From Actinomycetales bacterium (GTDB lineage: Bacteria; Actinomycetota; Actinomycetes; Actinomycetales; Dermatophilaceae), in the NCBI GenBank assembly GCA_038256095.1, contig JBBSKS010000001.1, positions 1-53,158 of the forward strand: 53,158 bases of DNA. Direction: 5' to 3'. The translations under genes and the position numbers were made by a program. Shown piece by piece: positions 19,801 to 28,111 of this stretch. Every line of letters starts with the position of its first letter. Position 1 is the stretch's first letter. The notes beneath the pieces were generated by a model, which searched no databases, was not told where the DNA came from, and saw only the letters and a program-made list of their open reading frames with translations.

Positions 19801-20054
19801 GTGTTGGCCAGATCCCCGTGTATCCCCACGATCTGCACCCCATGCTCGCTCTGGAGCGGGTGCTCTGCGTATGCCGTCTGCCAGGTCGGGCCGCCCTCAT
19901 CAACCCCACCGACGCGCACCACCACGCGCGCCAACTCATCCCCCAGCGACGTCAGAGCGTCCAGGACCGCCAGCGCCCCGCCCTCTACGGGGTCGGAAAA
20001 GACCACTGCCGTGACCGAATCCGCCGCGCTAAGCGACGGGGCACCGACAAGCAA
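16800..20054 (-). CDS. Large GT2-like glycosyltransferase fused to a multi-pass membrane domain
   Basis: WLWLL.., GVVGPK, DQGQHD, LDLSWRAHLMGHRVVVAPRA, followed by more than 10 hydrophobic segments. Conserved position after whiB. Confidence 0.82.
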   Translation of the reverse strand: MLVGAPSLSAADSVTAVVFSDPVEGGALAVLDALTSLGDELARVVVRVGGVDEGGPTWQTAYAEHPLQSEHGVQIVGIHGDLANTVAQAQRVTVDGQAWLWLLEADSVPEVDSLSRMLSVAQRSSRVGVVGPKAVATEDPRVLIGLGQSVSLWGRSVNDLNPAGWDQGQHDDRCDVVGVPLAGMLIRTDVLSDVGGIEASFDESIAGLDLSWRAHLMGHRVVVAPRAVVRSGPRVHVGAGRARHGPTGVRVARQRAWVALARGSGTKVPGRALAMLMTSAMAMALMLVTRRPRAFALAWAEASAVLFPWPAIGARWRFRGRAKVAERDLKELFLSRSATRVGLRWAPVLADPHASAPTQGPTVRPHTSVAAIETGPVADEALSMGSEGSLRRGSWSWPLAVAVVLTVLMTSVRWRDLGPGLASSGWGVSSAEMLPVGADAAQLFSAWWPGWTGEGLGQAGQGASWLLPLSALAALFEAAPGGPVGAHVAGVVTAWLLFAAVPLSVVAAYRAARSLVWSRPIRAGLALGWASASPLIAGVDSGRVGPAVVHVAAPLIVAGVVSSVRSGRRGTSAAFGVTALLSFVAWWVPLVVIFAVLAGLVVAVGARGWARLRGLAIAGLPLALLGPAMLPLATDPIRFLGGAGATSAGAAPLTTWQALLLHPGGPDSLSMWWVAPAWLLALAGVLGVRRSRLSGVATWLSMAGLLGVAGAVALSRTSVGQLPLGYTEAGLPVTVWPGVILSMAGACVLLAAGIGAGDLLPRVGASRTESQGEPRGRLRGHASRKSTRFVGNVVGAIVLAVASAGVLGTLVVSAANGVGPAITVAQAPLPAVVAEQASGPDQVRVITLVPDVAEPGDTDVFGVRYRLGGAEPPTWLRDRTVELGMAEADDPSADAEPVSAAVTALLDTSDATVLDPAPIQQALLDLAVAYVVVDAEQSHPLITQLDQSPNLTRVSSARNSALWRVDGRPGPARVWSTNPDGQRQTIAMAGTGAISAGTVATQATEVVISQSAQWALQATVRLDGDLLSAEPGFPARYVIPAGGGSLVIEVSPPWPWWWWATAGLFATVLLLAIPFVGSRPRRMN

Positions 20055-20071
20055 CGGATCAGGAAGCGCGC

Positions 20072-20341
20072 TCAGACGGCTCTCTTTTTGAGTTTGCGAC
20101 GTTCGCGCTCAGACAGCCCGCCCCAAATCCCGAACCGCTCGTCGTGGGCTAGGGCATATTCGAGGCACTCAGCCGTGACCTCACACCCCACACAGACCTT
20201 CTTGGCCTCACGCGTGGATCCGCCCTTCTCCGGAAAGAACGCTTCCGGGTCGGTTTGCGCACATAAGGCCCGCTCCTGCCAGGACGCCTCGTCCAGTCCT
20301 TCATCCACGCTCAACAGCGATAACACATCCATATTGTGCAC
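20072..20341 (-). CDS. whiB: WhiB family Fe-S transcription regulator (WhiB/WhiB2/WhmD orthologue)
   Basis: WQERALCAQTDPEAFFPEKGGSTREAKKVC...C...GIWGGLSERERRKL. GGAGGAG RBS before GTG 20341. Confidence 0.96.
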   Translation of the reverse strand: MHNMDVLSLLSVDEGLDEASWQERALCAQTDPEAFFPEKGGSTREAKKVCVGCEVTAECLEYALAHDERFGIWGGLSERERRKLKKRAV

Positions 20342-20413
20342 GGCTCCTCCTCGACCCTCGCCAGCACTTGATTTCCGCACGCTTCCACGATGGAAGGCCC
20401 GTGCGGTGAGTCT

Positions 20414-20444
20414 AAATTACACGCGTGTCGTCCCCCCACGTCAA
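20414..20444 (-). promoter_or_regulatory. whiB promoter with GACAC (WhiA-type) motif
   Basis: Minus strand reads TTGACG-tggggggac-GACAC-gcgtg-TAATTT. Palindrome ACACGCGTGT at 20419-20428. Confidence 0.55.
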
Positions 20445-20526
20445 CCCCACGTCTGCTAGAAGCCGTCGCGGGCACGGCATAGCGCCGACTTCGCGGTCCA
20501 CTCGACACGGCCGCCACAATAGGAAC

Positions 20527-21591
20527 ATGCAGATCACAGTCCTGGCCGGCGGCGTCGGCGGCGCCCGGTTCATTCGCGGGCTCCGCCACTATCTCGACCA
20601 CAACGGGCAAGCGTGGAAACCCGATACCGGCGAGGGCACACACGTCACCGTCATCGGAAACACCGGCGATGACATCACGCTCTTCGGGTTGCGGGTGTGC
20701 CCCGACCTCGACACGCTCCTTTACACCTTGGGGGGAAGTGTCCACGAGGGCCAAGGGTGGGGACGCGCTGATGAGTCCTTCCGTGCCCAAAGCGAGTTGC
20801 GGGCCTTGGGCGTCGAGCCGCAATGGTTTGGGCTTGGCGACCACGACATGGGAACGCACCTCGCAAGAAGCCAATGGTTAGCTCAGGGGCTCACCCTGAG
20901 CGAGGTAACGGCACGGTTGGCTGAGCGCTGGGGTCTGCCGGCCAGCGGGATCACGTTGCTGCCTGCGACGGATGTGCCGATCGAGACCCACGTGGTGATC
21001 TCCGATGACACCGGCACCCGCAGTGATGATGACAGCGACGCCGAGCGGGCGGTGCACTTCCAGCAGTGGTGGGTGCAGATGCAGGCGGCCGTCCCAGCCA
21101 AACGGTTTGTGGTGGCCGGGTTGTCCCAAGCCACGGCTGCTCCAAGAGTTCTTGCGGCCATTCGGGAGGCCGATGTCGTGATCTTGCCCCCCAGCAACCC
21201 GGTGGTCTCGATCGGCATCATTACCGGCGTGCCTGGCGTGCGCGATGCCCTGCGCGGCACCCGCGCCCCCGTGGTCGGGGTCTCCCCGATCATCGACGGC
21301 GCTCCGGTGCGCGGGCACGCTGACGCCTGCTTGGCCCCGCTGGGCGTGCCGGTGACGGCCGCGGGGGTGGCGGGTCTGTATCGAGACTTCCTCAACGGTT
21401 GGCTCGTCGACACCGAAGATGCTCCTTCGGGCGGTGAGGGACCTAAGACTGGCCCCTCCTACGGCCGAGGCGCCTCCGGAAGCGCGCTGAGCGTGCGAGC
21501 CCTGGACCTGCACATGCGTGACGTCAGCAGCGCTGCCGCCATCGCGGGGGCCTCGCTGGAACTGGCAGCAACATTGAGAGTTCCTGCGTGA
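20527..21591 (+). CDS. cofD: 2-phospho-L-lactate/PEP transferase (F420 biosynthesis, CofD/FbiA)
   Basis: LAGGVGGARF, NTGDD...CPDLDT, WFGLGDHD, HFQQWWV, PSNPVVSI. Confidence 0.95.
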   Translation: MQITVLAGGVGGARFIRGLRHYLDHNGQAWKPDTGEGTHVTVIGNTGDDITLFGLRVCPDLDTLLYTLGGSVHEGQGWGRADESFRAQSELRALGVEPQWFGLGDHDMGTHLARSQWLAQGLTLSEVTARLAERWGLPASGITLLPATDVPIETHVVISDDTGTRSDDDSDAERAVHFQQWWVQMQAAVPAKRFVVAGLSQATAAPRVLAAIREADVVILPPSNPVVSIGIITGVPGVRDALRGTRAPVVGVSPIIDGAPVRGHADACLAPLGVPVTAAGVAGLYRDFLNGWLVDTEDAPSGGEGPKTGPSYGRGASGSALSVRALDLHMRDVSSAAAIAGASLELAATLRVPA

Positions 21592-22688
21592 GCGACCTCC
21601 GCATCGTGGCCTTGCACGGCATCCCGGAGGTCGAGCCGCGCCACGACCTCGCGCGGCTCCTGCACAGCGCACTCGAGCTGGCGGGGCTGAGTTTTCAGGA
21701 CGGCGACGTCTTGGTGGTCTCGAGCAAGATCGTGTCTAAAGCCGACGGGCTACGCGAGTTCCCTGACCCAGCGGACCCTTCACAACGCGAGGCCCTGGTG
21801 CGCGCCCAGTCGCGCGCCATCGTGGCGGAGCGGAGCACACCCACCGGCGTCACCCGCATCGTGGCCTCGGCGGCCGGACCAGTGTTGGCCGCGGCGGGGG
21901 TCGACGATTCCAACGTCGGGCCGATTGGAGGCTCGCTGGTGCTGCCTACTGACCCAGACCTCGCCGCCCGCAACCTGTATGCCGCCCTGCTCGTCACCCA
22001 TGCGCCGGCGCCTCTTCCGCGGATCGGCATCGTGATCAGCGACACCGCCGGTCGCCCCTGGCGCCATGGCCAAGTCGACTTTGCGTTGGGTGCTTGCGGC
22101 CTGCGCGTGCTCGACGACTTGGGAGCGACCCAGAAGGTTGACGGGGACGGCCGCGAACTGCGGGTCACCGCTCGCGCCATTGCCGACGAGATCGCGGCCG
22201 CCGCCGATCTGGTGAAAGGCAAAACGCTGGGCGTGCCCGCCGCATTGGTGCGTGGGTTGCCGGGAGCGATGATTGGCCATCCCGGCGAGCAGGGTGCTCG
22301 ATCGCTCGTGCGCACCGGTGCTGGCGATTGGTTTGCGCTCGGATCGATGGAGGCCGTGCGAGCCAGCCTCGGCGCTCCCCCCGGCAGCGAGGTGGCCGCA
22401 CAGATCGGCATACCCGCTGCTGGCCCTGAGCCACGGGCCACGCGCTTAGAGCGAGTCGTGGCCCTGGCGATGCTGCGCACGATCCCGCTCACCGCCAAAG
22501 ACTCAATCGAGGTCACCGAATCGGGCGTCTGCGTGTCGGTGCACGACGACTACCAGCGGGGGTATGTCGTGGCTCGCCTCGAAGCAGCGCTGCACAGTGA
22601 AGGTCTGGGCGGGTGCGAGATCGTGGTCGTTAGCGGCCGGGTAGGTGCCGCCGCGGCGCCATCCGCGGGCCATGCCGTGGGCGACTAA
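21588..22688 (+). CDS. cofE: Coenzyme F420-0:L-glutamate ligase (CofE/FbiB-like) with a short C-terminal domain
   Basis: GIPEV, SSKIVSKA, AGVDDSN, SDTAGRPWRHG, ADEIAAAADLVKGK. Confidence 0.92.
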   Translation: MSDLRIVALHGIPEVEPRHDLARLLHSALELAGLSFQDGDVLVVSSKIVSKADGLREFPDPADPSQREALVRAQSRAIVAERSTPTGVTRIVASAAGPVLAAAGVDDSNVGPIGGSLVLPTDPDLAARNLYAALLVTHAPAPLPRIGIVISDTAGRPWRHGQVDFALGACGLRVLDDLGATQKVDGDGRELRVTARAIADEIAAAADLVKGKTLGVPAALVRGLPGAMIGHPGEQGARSLVRTGAGDWFALGSMEAVRASLGAPPGSEVAAQIGIPAAGPEPRATRLERVVALAMLRTIPLTAKDSIEVTESGVCVSVHDDYQRGYVVARLEAALHSEGLGGCEIVVVSGRVGAAAAPSAGHAVGD

Positions 22689-23577
22689 GACCCGCCATCT
22701 CGACCAGACGCTGCACCCGATACCGGTGTGGGCGGTAGGGCGCTAGTAGTTCCGCCAGGCCGACGTCATCCACCGCGTCACCGGTCAGTGCCCAGCCGAT
22801 GTTCTTCGCGACGTGGTAGTCACCAAAGCTCACCGCGTCGGCGTTGCCCAGGGCCCGATGCGCCGTCTCGGCAGCGGTCCACAGACCCACCCCCGGCACG
22901 GCCAACATCCGTCGACTTGCTGCCTCCGGATCGCTGCGGGCGAGCTCTTCGAGGCGGTCAGCGACCCGGGCCACCCGGATCACGGTGTCGCTGCGTTGCG
23001 GACTGATGCCCATGCGCAACCAATGCCACGACGGGATAGCCGCTATCACCTGCGCCGAGGGAGGGACCATGAGATCCATGCCCGCTCCCGGACCAGGCGC
23101 AGGCGTGCCCCACTGCCGCACGAGGCGGCGCTGACCGGCGAAGGCCTCCTGCCCGGTTACTTTTTGCTCGATGATCGCCGGGATCAGCGATTCGAGCACG
23201 AGGCCGGTGTTGGGCACCCTCCACCCCGACGTCACCTTCACCCTCCAAATGCGATCGAGCACCGGATGCTGCACCGCGAATCCGCTGATGTCGTCGCCGC
23301 CGCCCAACATGACCGGCAGTTCATCCAAGACCCAGTCCATGGCCGCGGGCTCACCCCAGGCGTGGGCGAGCACTTCGGCGTCCGCTACCGAGGTCGCAAT
23401 CCCTAGCGTCACGGCCCCGGCTGGAGTGTTTATCCCCCGAAAGAGCCAGGCACCGCTGCGGCGCCACGTCGGATCGCCGCGGCCACGGCGCAGTGTCCCC
23501 CAGGTGGCGGCAAGGTCGACGCTGCGCCCCGGACGCCAGACCCGTGTGCGCGTAGGCGCATCCTGAGTCGGCGGCAT
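22630..23577 (-). CDS. HhH-GPD / AlkA-like DNA-3-methyladenine glycosylase family protein
   Basis: RRGRGDPT, AIIEQKVTG, HhH LAVPGVGLWTA, DAVSFGDYH. Confidence 0.85.
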   Translation of the reverse strand: MPPTQDAPTRTRVWRPGRSVDLAATWGTLRRGRGDPTWRRSGAWLFRGINTPAGAVTLGIATSVADAEVLAHAWGEPAAMDWVLDELPVMLGGGDDISGFAVQHPVLDRIWRVKVTSGWRVPNTGLVLESLIPAIIEQKVTGQEAFAGQRRLVRQWGTPAPGPGAGMDLMVPPSAQVIAAIPSWHWLRMGISPQRSDTVIRVARVADRLEELARSDPEAASRRMLAVPGVGLWTAAETAHRALGNADAVSFGDYHVAKNIGWALTGDAVDDVGLAELLAPYRPHRYRVQRLVEMAGLSRPRHGPRMAPRRHLPGR

Positions 23578-23638
23578 AGTCCTCAGCCTGCCACGCCGGG
23601 ATCAGGGTCACGGCGCCCGCGTCCACTACGTTGTACTC

Positions 23639-24364
23639 GTGCCTACCCCAGCCGACGTGTTGGCCGCGCTCATCGCTGATGATCCGACGAAGCCTGCTTT
23701 GACCTTCTACGAAGACACTCCCGGCGACTCCTTCGGTGAGCGCATTGAGCTCTCCCGCAAAGTCTTAGGAACCTGGGTGTCCAAGGCGGCGAACGCCCTC
23801 CAAGAGGGTCTAGATGCCGAGCCCGGGACGGTGATACTCCTCGACGTGCCCGCCCCGCACTGGCGGTTGGCCTACTGGTCGCTGGCCATCTGGTCCGTCG
23901 GCGCCACCGTGACCCTCGACGCATCCGAAGGCGCTGACGTGATGATCACCACGTCCCCGAACGCCGGCCCCGCCCAAGACGCCGACGAAGTGATCGCAGT
24001 GTCACTGCCGGCGCTGGCCCGATCTTTCAGCTCAGGGCTGCGCACCGGGGTGATGGACGAAGCCCGCGAGATCGCCTCGTTCGGTGACAGCTTCGCGGCC
24101 TGGGACGAAGCCGAGCCCGACGAGGCCGCGCTGGTCACCAACGGCCGGCGGACGGCATACCGCGACGTCGTGCCCCCTGGCACGTTGCGCTCCACGGACG
24201 GACGAGGACCGCGGGTCGCGATCACGACCACCGACCCCGCCGCGTGCCTGCACCAGATGTTGCAGTGCTGGGCCTCGCTCGGCTCGGTCGTCCTCGTGCG
24301 CGGCTCCCAACCCTCACTCGGCGATGCGCGGATGCGCAGCGAAGGTGTGACTGCGCTCGCCTGA
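23639..24364 (+). CDS. TIGR03089 family protein
   Basis: P.LTFY...GERIELS...WVSKAAN.L, HWRLA. Neighbourhood matches Rv3268. Confidence 0.88.
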   Translation: MPTPADVLAALIADDPTKPALTFYEDTPGDSFGERIELSRKVLGTWVSKAANALQEGLDAEPGTVILLDVPAPHWRLAYWSLAIWSVGATVTLDASEGADVMITTSPNAGPAQDADEVIAVSLPALARSFSSGLRTGVMDEAREIASFGDSFAAWDEAEPDEAALVTNGRRTAYRDVVPPGTLRSTDGRGPRVAITTTDPAACLHQMLQCWASLGSVVLVRGSQPSLGDARMRSEGVTALA

Positions 24365-24388
24365 GCAATCCCACTAGAGTCGGCAGGC

Positions 24389-25180
24389 ATGGACAAGGTC
24401 GTCAAAGACGTGGCTTCGGCTCTGGACGGACTCACCGACGGGATGACCCTCGCGGTGGGTGGCTTCGGGCTCTGCGGAGTGCCGTCGGTGCTCATTGACG
24501 AGGTCGTGCGACGGGGCAGCACCGACCTAGAGGTCGTCTCCAACAACGCGGGCGTCGACGACTGGGGTTTGGGTCTGTTGCTCCGCGCCGGGCGGATGAG
24601 GCGGATCATCGCCTCCTACGTCGGGGAGAACAAGGAGTTTGCTCGGCAATACCTCAGCGGTGAACTGGAGGTCGAGCTCACTCCCCAGGGCACCCTGGCC
24701 GAAAAACTACGTGCCGGCGGGTCGGGGATCGCGGCTTTCTACACCGCGACCGGGGTCGGCACGCAGGTCTCCGACGGGGGTATGCCGTGGCGGTACGACA
24801 GCGACGGAAACGTCACCGTGTCCTCTCCGCCCAAAACGCTGGCTACTTTCGACCATCTCACCAGCGGTCGCGGCCAGGCGTACGTGCTGGAAACGTCCAT
24901 TGCCGCCGACTTTGGCCTGGTCCGCGCTTGGAAGGGCGACCGGCACGGCAATCTCGTCTTCCGGGCCAGCGCTCGCAACTTCAACCCACTCTGTGCGATG
25001 AGCGGGCAGATCACTGTGGCCGAGGTCGAAGAGATTGTGGAGCCGGGCGATCTCGACCCCGACGAGATTCACCTGCCCGGTATTTACGTGCAACGAGTGC
25101 TACCTCTGACTCCGGAGCAAGCAATGACCAAACGCATCGAGAAGCGCACGACGCGCCCCGCCACGACACCGAAGGTCTGA
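24389..25180 (+). CDS. scoA: 3-oxoacid CoA-transferase subunit A
   Basis: [36 protein letters not shown]. Confidence 0.93.
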   Translation: MDKVVKDVASALDGLTDGMTLAVGGFGLCGVPSVLIDEVVRRGSTDLEVVSNNAGVDDWGLGLLLRAGRMRRIIASYVGENKEFARQYLSGELEVELTPQGTLAEKLRAGGSGIAAFYTATGVGTQVSDGGMPWRYDSDGNVTVSSPPKTLATFDHLTSGRGQAYVLETSIAADFGLVRAWKGDRHGNLVFRASARNFNPLCAMSGQITVAEVEEIVEPGDLDPDEIHLPGIYVQRVLPLTPEQAMTKRIEKRTTRPATTPKV

Positions 25181-25181
25181 G

Positions 25182-25817
25182 ATGGCTCTCACCCGCGAAG
25201 AGATGGCGGCCCGCGCCGCCGATGAACTCGCCGACGGCGACTACGTGAACCTCGGGATCGGCCTGCCGACGTTGGTGCCCAACTACGTCGCCGACGACAT
25301 TGAGCTGGTGCTACAAAGCGAGAACGGAATCCTTGGCGTTGGGGCCTACCCCGTCGAAGGCACCGAGCACCCCGACGTGATCAACGCGGGCAAGGAGACC
25401 GTGACCGTGCGCAGCGGTGCGTCCTTCTTTGACTCAGCCATGAGCTTCGGCATGATCCGAGGCGGCAAGGTCGACGCCGCCATCTTGGGCGCGATGCAGG
25501 TCTCGGCCGCCGGCGACATTGCGAACTGGATGATCCCCGGCAAAATGGTCAAAGGGATGGGTGGCGCGATGGACCTGGTGCACGGCGCCAAGAAAGTTAT
25601 TGTGCTGATGGAGCACACCGCGCGTGACGGCTCCTTCAAGATCGTCAACGACTGTTCGTTGCCGATCACCGGGCTGGCATGCGTGCAGCGGATCATCACC
25701 GATCTGGCGGTGATTGACGTCACCGACGAAGGCCTGGTGCTACGCGAGGTGGCCCCTGGCGTCAGCGTCGCGGATGTCGTGGCGGCAACCGAGCCGCCGC
25801 TCATCATGGGCACCTGA
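25182..25817 (+). CDS. scoB: 3-oxoacid CoA-transferase subunit B
   Basis: NLGIGLPT, catalytic [15 protein letters not shown]. Confidence 0.93.
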   Translation: MALTREEMAARAADELADGDYVNLGIGLPTLVPNYVADDIELVLQSENGILGVGAYPVEGTEHPDVINAGKETVTVRSGASFFDSAMSFGMIRGGKVDAAILGAMQVSAAGDIANWMIPGKMVKGMGGAMDLVHGAKKVIVLMEHTARDGSFKIVNDCSLPITGLACVQRIITDLAVIDVTDEGLVLREVAPGVSVADVVAATEPPLIMGT

Positions 25818-26816
25818 CTAGGTGCGCCGATCTCGCAAACCGACGATAAAGCCGGCGCCCCAGCTCAAGTGCATGGTCGCGAGGACGGCGGGCACCCTGA
25901 CGCGCACCGCTGGTGGATGGCCGCGAGAGATCACGCCGCCGCCGAGAGCAACTGCTGCGGCATACCCCAGCGGGAAGACCCCCAGTGGCCACCACAGGGT
26001 CGCTCCAGCAGCCCCCAGCGCCACTAACGCTGTCACTGCCGGAGGCGCAAGATAACGCAGGCTGAGCGCGTCCGAATGCTCTTGCGACAGCCGACGACGC
26101 CATTGACCTGTGGAGTAGAACTGCCCCGCTAGGGCTCTGAGTGAGCTGCGCGGGCGGTAGGTCACGCAGATCAGGGGGCTGAACCACACCACTCCGCCTG
26201 CCTGCCTGATCCGCAGGTTCATCTCCCAGTCTTGGGCGCGCCCGTATGCCGAGTTGAAGCCGCCGACGTGCTCGATCCACTCGCGCCGGAAGACCCCCGG
26301 GAAGACCGTGTCCGCAGGGCCCGGCTCGCCGCCGACGCGAAAGCGAGCAGCGCCCATCCCTAATGCTGACCCCATCGCGAGCGCAATCGCTTTTTGGGTC
26401 TTGTCGATACCTTCAGGCAGCGCCCGACCTCCGACGTTAGCCGCATCGCTGTCGCGCAAGATGGTCACCGCTACCCGCAGGTAGTCCGCCGGGAGCGCAC
26501 CGTGGGCGTCCACTCTGGCCACGACCTGTCCATCGCTGGCTTCAATGGCCGCATTGAGGCCGTCCGGGGTGGTTCCAGTGGGGTTCGTGACCAGCGACAC
26601 GCGGGGGTCCTGCGCCGCCAAGGACGCGGCAACCGAGGCCGTGTTGTCGGTGCTGGCGGCGACCGCAAGGACGACGTCAAAGACGCCGGGGTAGTCCTGA
26701 TCGAGCACGGATCCGAGGGACTCGGCGAGGTGTTTGCCCTCGTTGCGCACCGGCATCACCACGGACACCCGCGGCCATTGCGGTAAGGGCACAGTCAGCG
26801 GTGGCGCAAGAGGCAT
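25818..26816 (-). CDS. Glycosyltransferase family 2 (ExoA-like)
   Basis: VSVVMPVRNE, RVDAH, AQDWEMNLR, C-terminal TMs, MHLSWGAG. Confidence 0.88.
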   Translation of the reverse strand: MPLAPPLTVPLPQWPRVSVVMPVRNEGKHLAESLGSVLDQDYPGVFDVVLAVAASTDNTASVAASLAAQDPRVSLVTNPTGTTPDGLNAAIEASDGQVVARVDAHGALPADYLRVAVTILRDSDAANVGGRALPEGIDKTQKAIALAMGSALGMGAARFRVGGEPGPADTVFPGVFRREWIEHVGGFNSAYGRAQDWEMNLRIRQAGGVVWFSPLICVTYRPRSSLRALAGQFYSTGQWRRRLSQEHSDALSLRYLAPPAVTALVALGAAGATLWWPLGVFPLGYAAAVALGGGVISRGHPPAVRVRVPAVLATMHLSWGAGFIVGLRDRRT

Positions 26817-26866
26817 ATAGGGGAGGTTAACGCCCCCGTGCAGCCTTCTCCCCTACCCTGGGCTGC

Positions 26867-28093
26867 GTGCCCCGACCTCCTGAGGATGACTGGACCCGCC
26901 CTATGCCGCGGACGTCCCATCGCTCGTCCCCCCCACGAGCGGGGGACGAGCGATGGGACGAGGCGGGCTGGGATCAGGATCGGACGCAGCAGATCCCACG
27001 GCGACAGCCAGCCGCACCGTCCTATGCAGACCAAGAGCCGCAGCAGTGGGACTACCGCCGACCAGGTCCCGGGCAGGCTCCGCCGCACCCCCGTCCTGGA
27101 GGTCGCGGTTCTAGCCCTGGCGGACGAGGACGTCGACCGCGATACGGCCTCCGCCGATTCTTCATCTTTCTGCTAGTGATCGTCTTGGCCTATGTGGCCG
27201 CGATGGTGTGGGCCCTCGGCGCGAGTTGGGCTGCCATTGACGAGGTCGACGCCACTCCCACCAGCGCCAATCGCCCTGGTCAGGGCTCGGGGAGCAACGT
27301 CTTGCTGATTGGCACCGACAGCCGTGAAAACCTCACCAAAGAGCAGCGCAACGAGTTGAAGACCGGCAGCACCGAGGGCGCGCGTGCCGACACCATCATG
27401 TTGCTGCACCTGCCCGACTCGGGCGACCCGACGTTGGTCTCACTTCCCCGTGACTCCTACGTCGACATTCCCGGATCGGGTCCCAACAAGATCAACGCGT
27501 CGTACGCCATCGGCGGACCACCGCTGATGGTGGACACCGTCGAGCAGGCCACCGGTCTACGCATCGACAGCTACCTGGAGGTGGGCTTCGATGGGTTCGT
27601 CGACGTGGTCGCTGCCGTGGGCGGGGTCGAGATGTGCTTGCCCGATGCCGTCTTCGAGGAACGCAGCGACCTCGACCTCCCTGCCGGGTGTCAAGACCTG
27701 GCAGGCAAAGACGCGCTGAACTATGTGCGGATGAGGTTTACCGACCCACGGGGCGACTTGGGCCGCGTCGAGCGTCAGCGAGAGTTCTTGAGCGCATTGG
27801 TCAACAAGATGACGAGTCCGGCCACGCTACTCAACCCGCTGGAGCTGCACGACGCGGGAACGGCCACCGGGTCTTCGCTGCGTCGCGGTAACGACACCTC
27901 GATGGGCGAAATGATGGACATCGGCTTGGCCATGCGTTCCATTTCGAGCGGTTCAGGCAAGTCCATCACGGTGCCGATCTCGGATCCGAACTTCGCCACT
28001 TCTGCGGGGAGTTCCGTCCTGTGGGACGAGGTCGGGGCTGGCGTACTGTTTGAGGCGCTACGCACCGATGCTCCCCTAACCATCGAGCCCTAG
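26867..28093 (+). CDS. LCP (LytR-CpsA-Psr) family cell-wall glycopolymer transferase
   Basis: LLIGTDSR, RADTIMLL, SLPRDSYV, KINASY, R.R..D..GDLGRVERQ. Confidence 0.92.
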   Translation: MPRPPEDDWTRPMPRTSHRSSPPRAGDERWDEAGWDQDRTQQIPRRQPAAPSYADQEPQQWDYRRPGPGQAPPHPRPGGRGSSPGGRGRRPRYGLRRFFIFLLVIVLAYVAAMVWALGASWAAIDEVDATPTSANRPGQGSGSNVLLIGTDSRENLTKEQRNELKTGSTEGARADTIMLLHLPDSGDPTLVSLPRDSYVDIPGSGPNKINASYAIGGPPLMVDTVEQATGLRIDSYLEVGFDGFVDVVAAVGGVEMCLPDAVFEERSDLDLPAGCQDLAGKDALNYVRMRFTDPRGDLGRVERQREFLSALVNKMTSPATLLNPLELHDAGTATGSSLRRGNDTSMGEMMDIGLAMRSISSGSGKSITVPISDPNFATSAGSSVLWDEVGAGVLFEALRTDAPLTIEP

Positions 28094-28111
28094 GCGTCAC
28101 CGGACACGCTG

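Noticed and set aside
24389-25817. scoAB as a mobile island
   Set aside because: No integrase, terminal repeats or obvious compositional shift. Simple gene-order variation.
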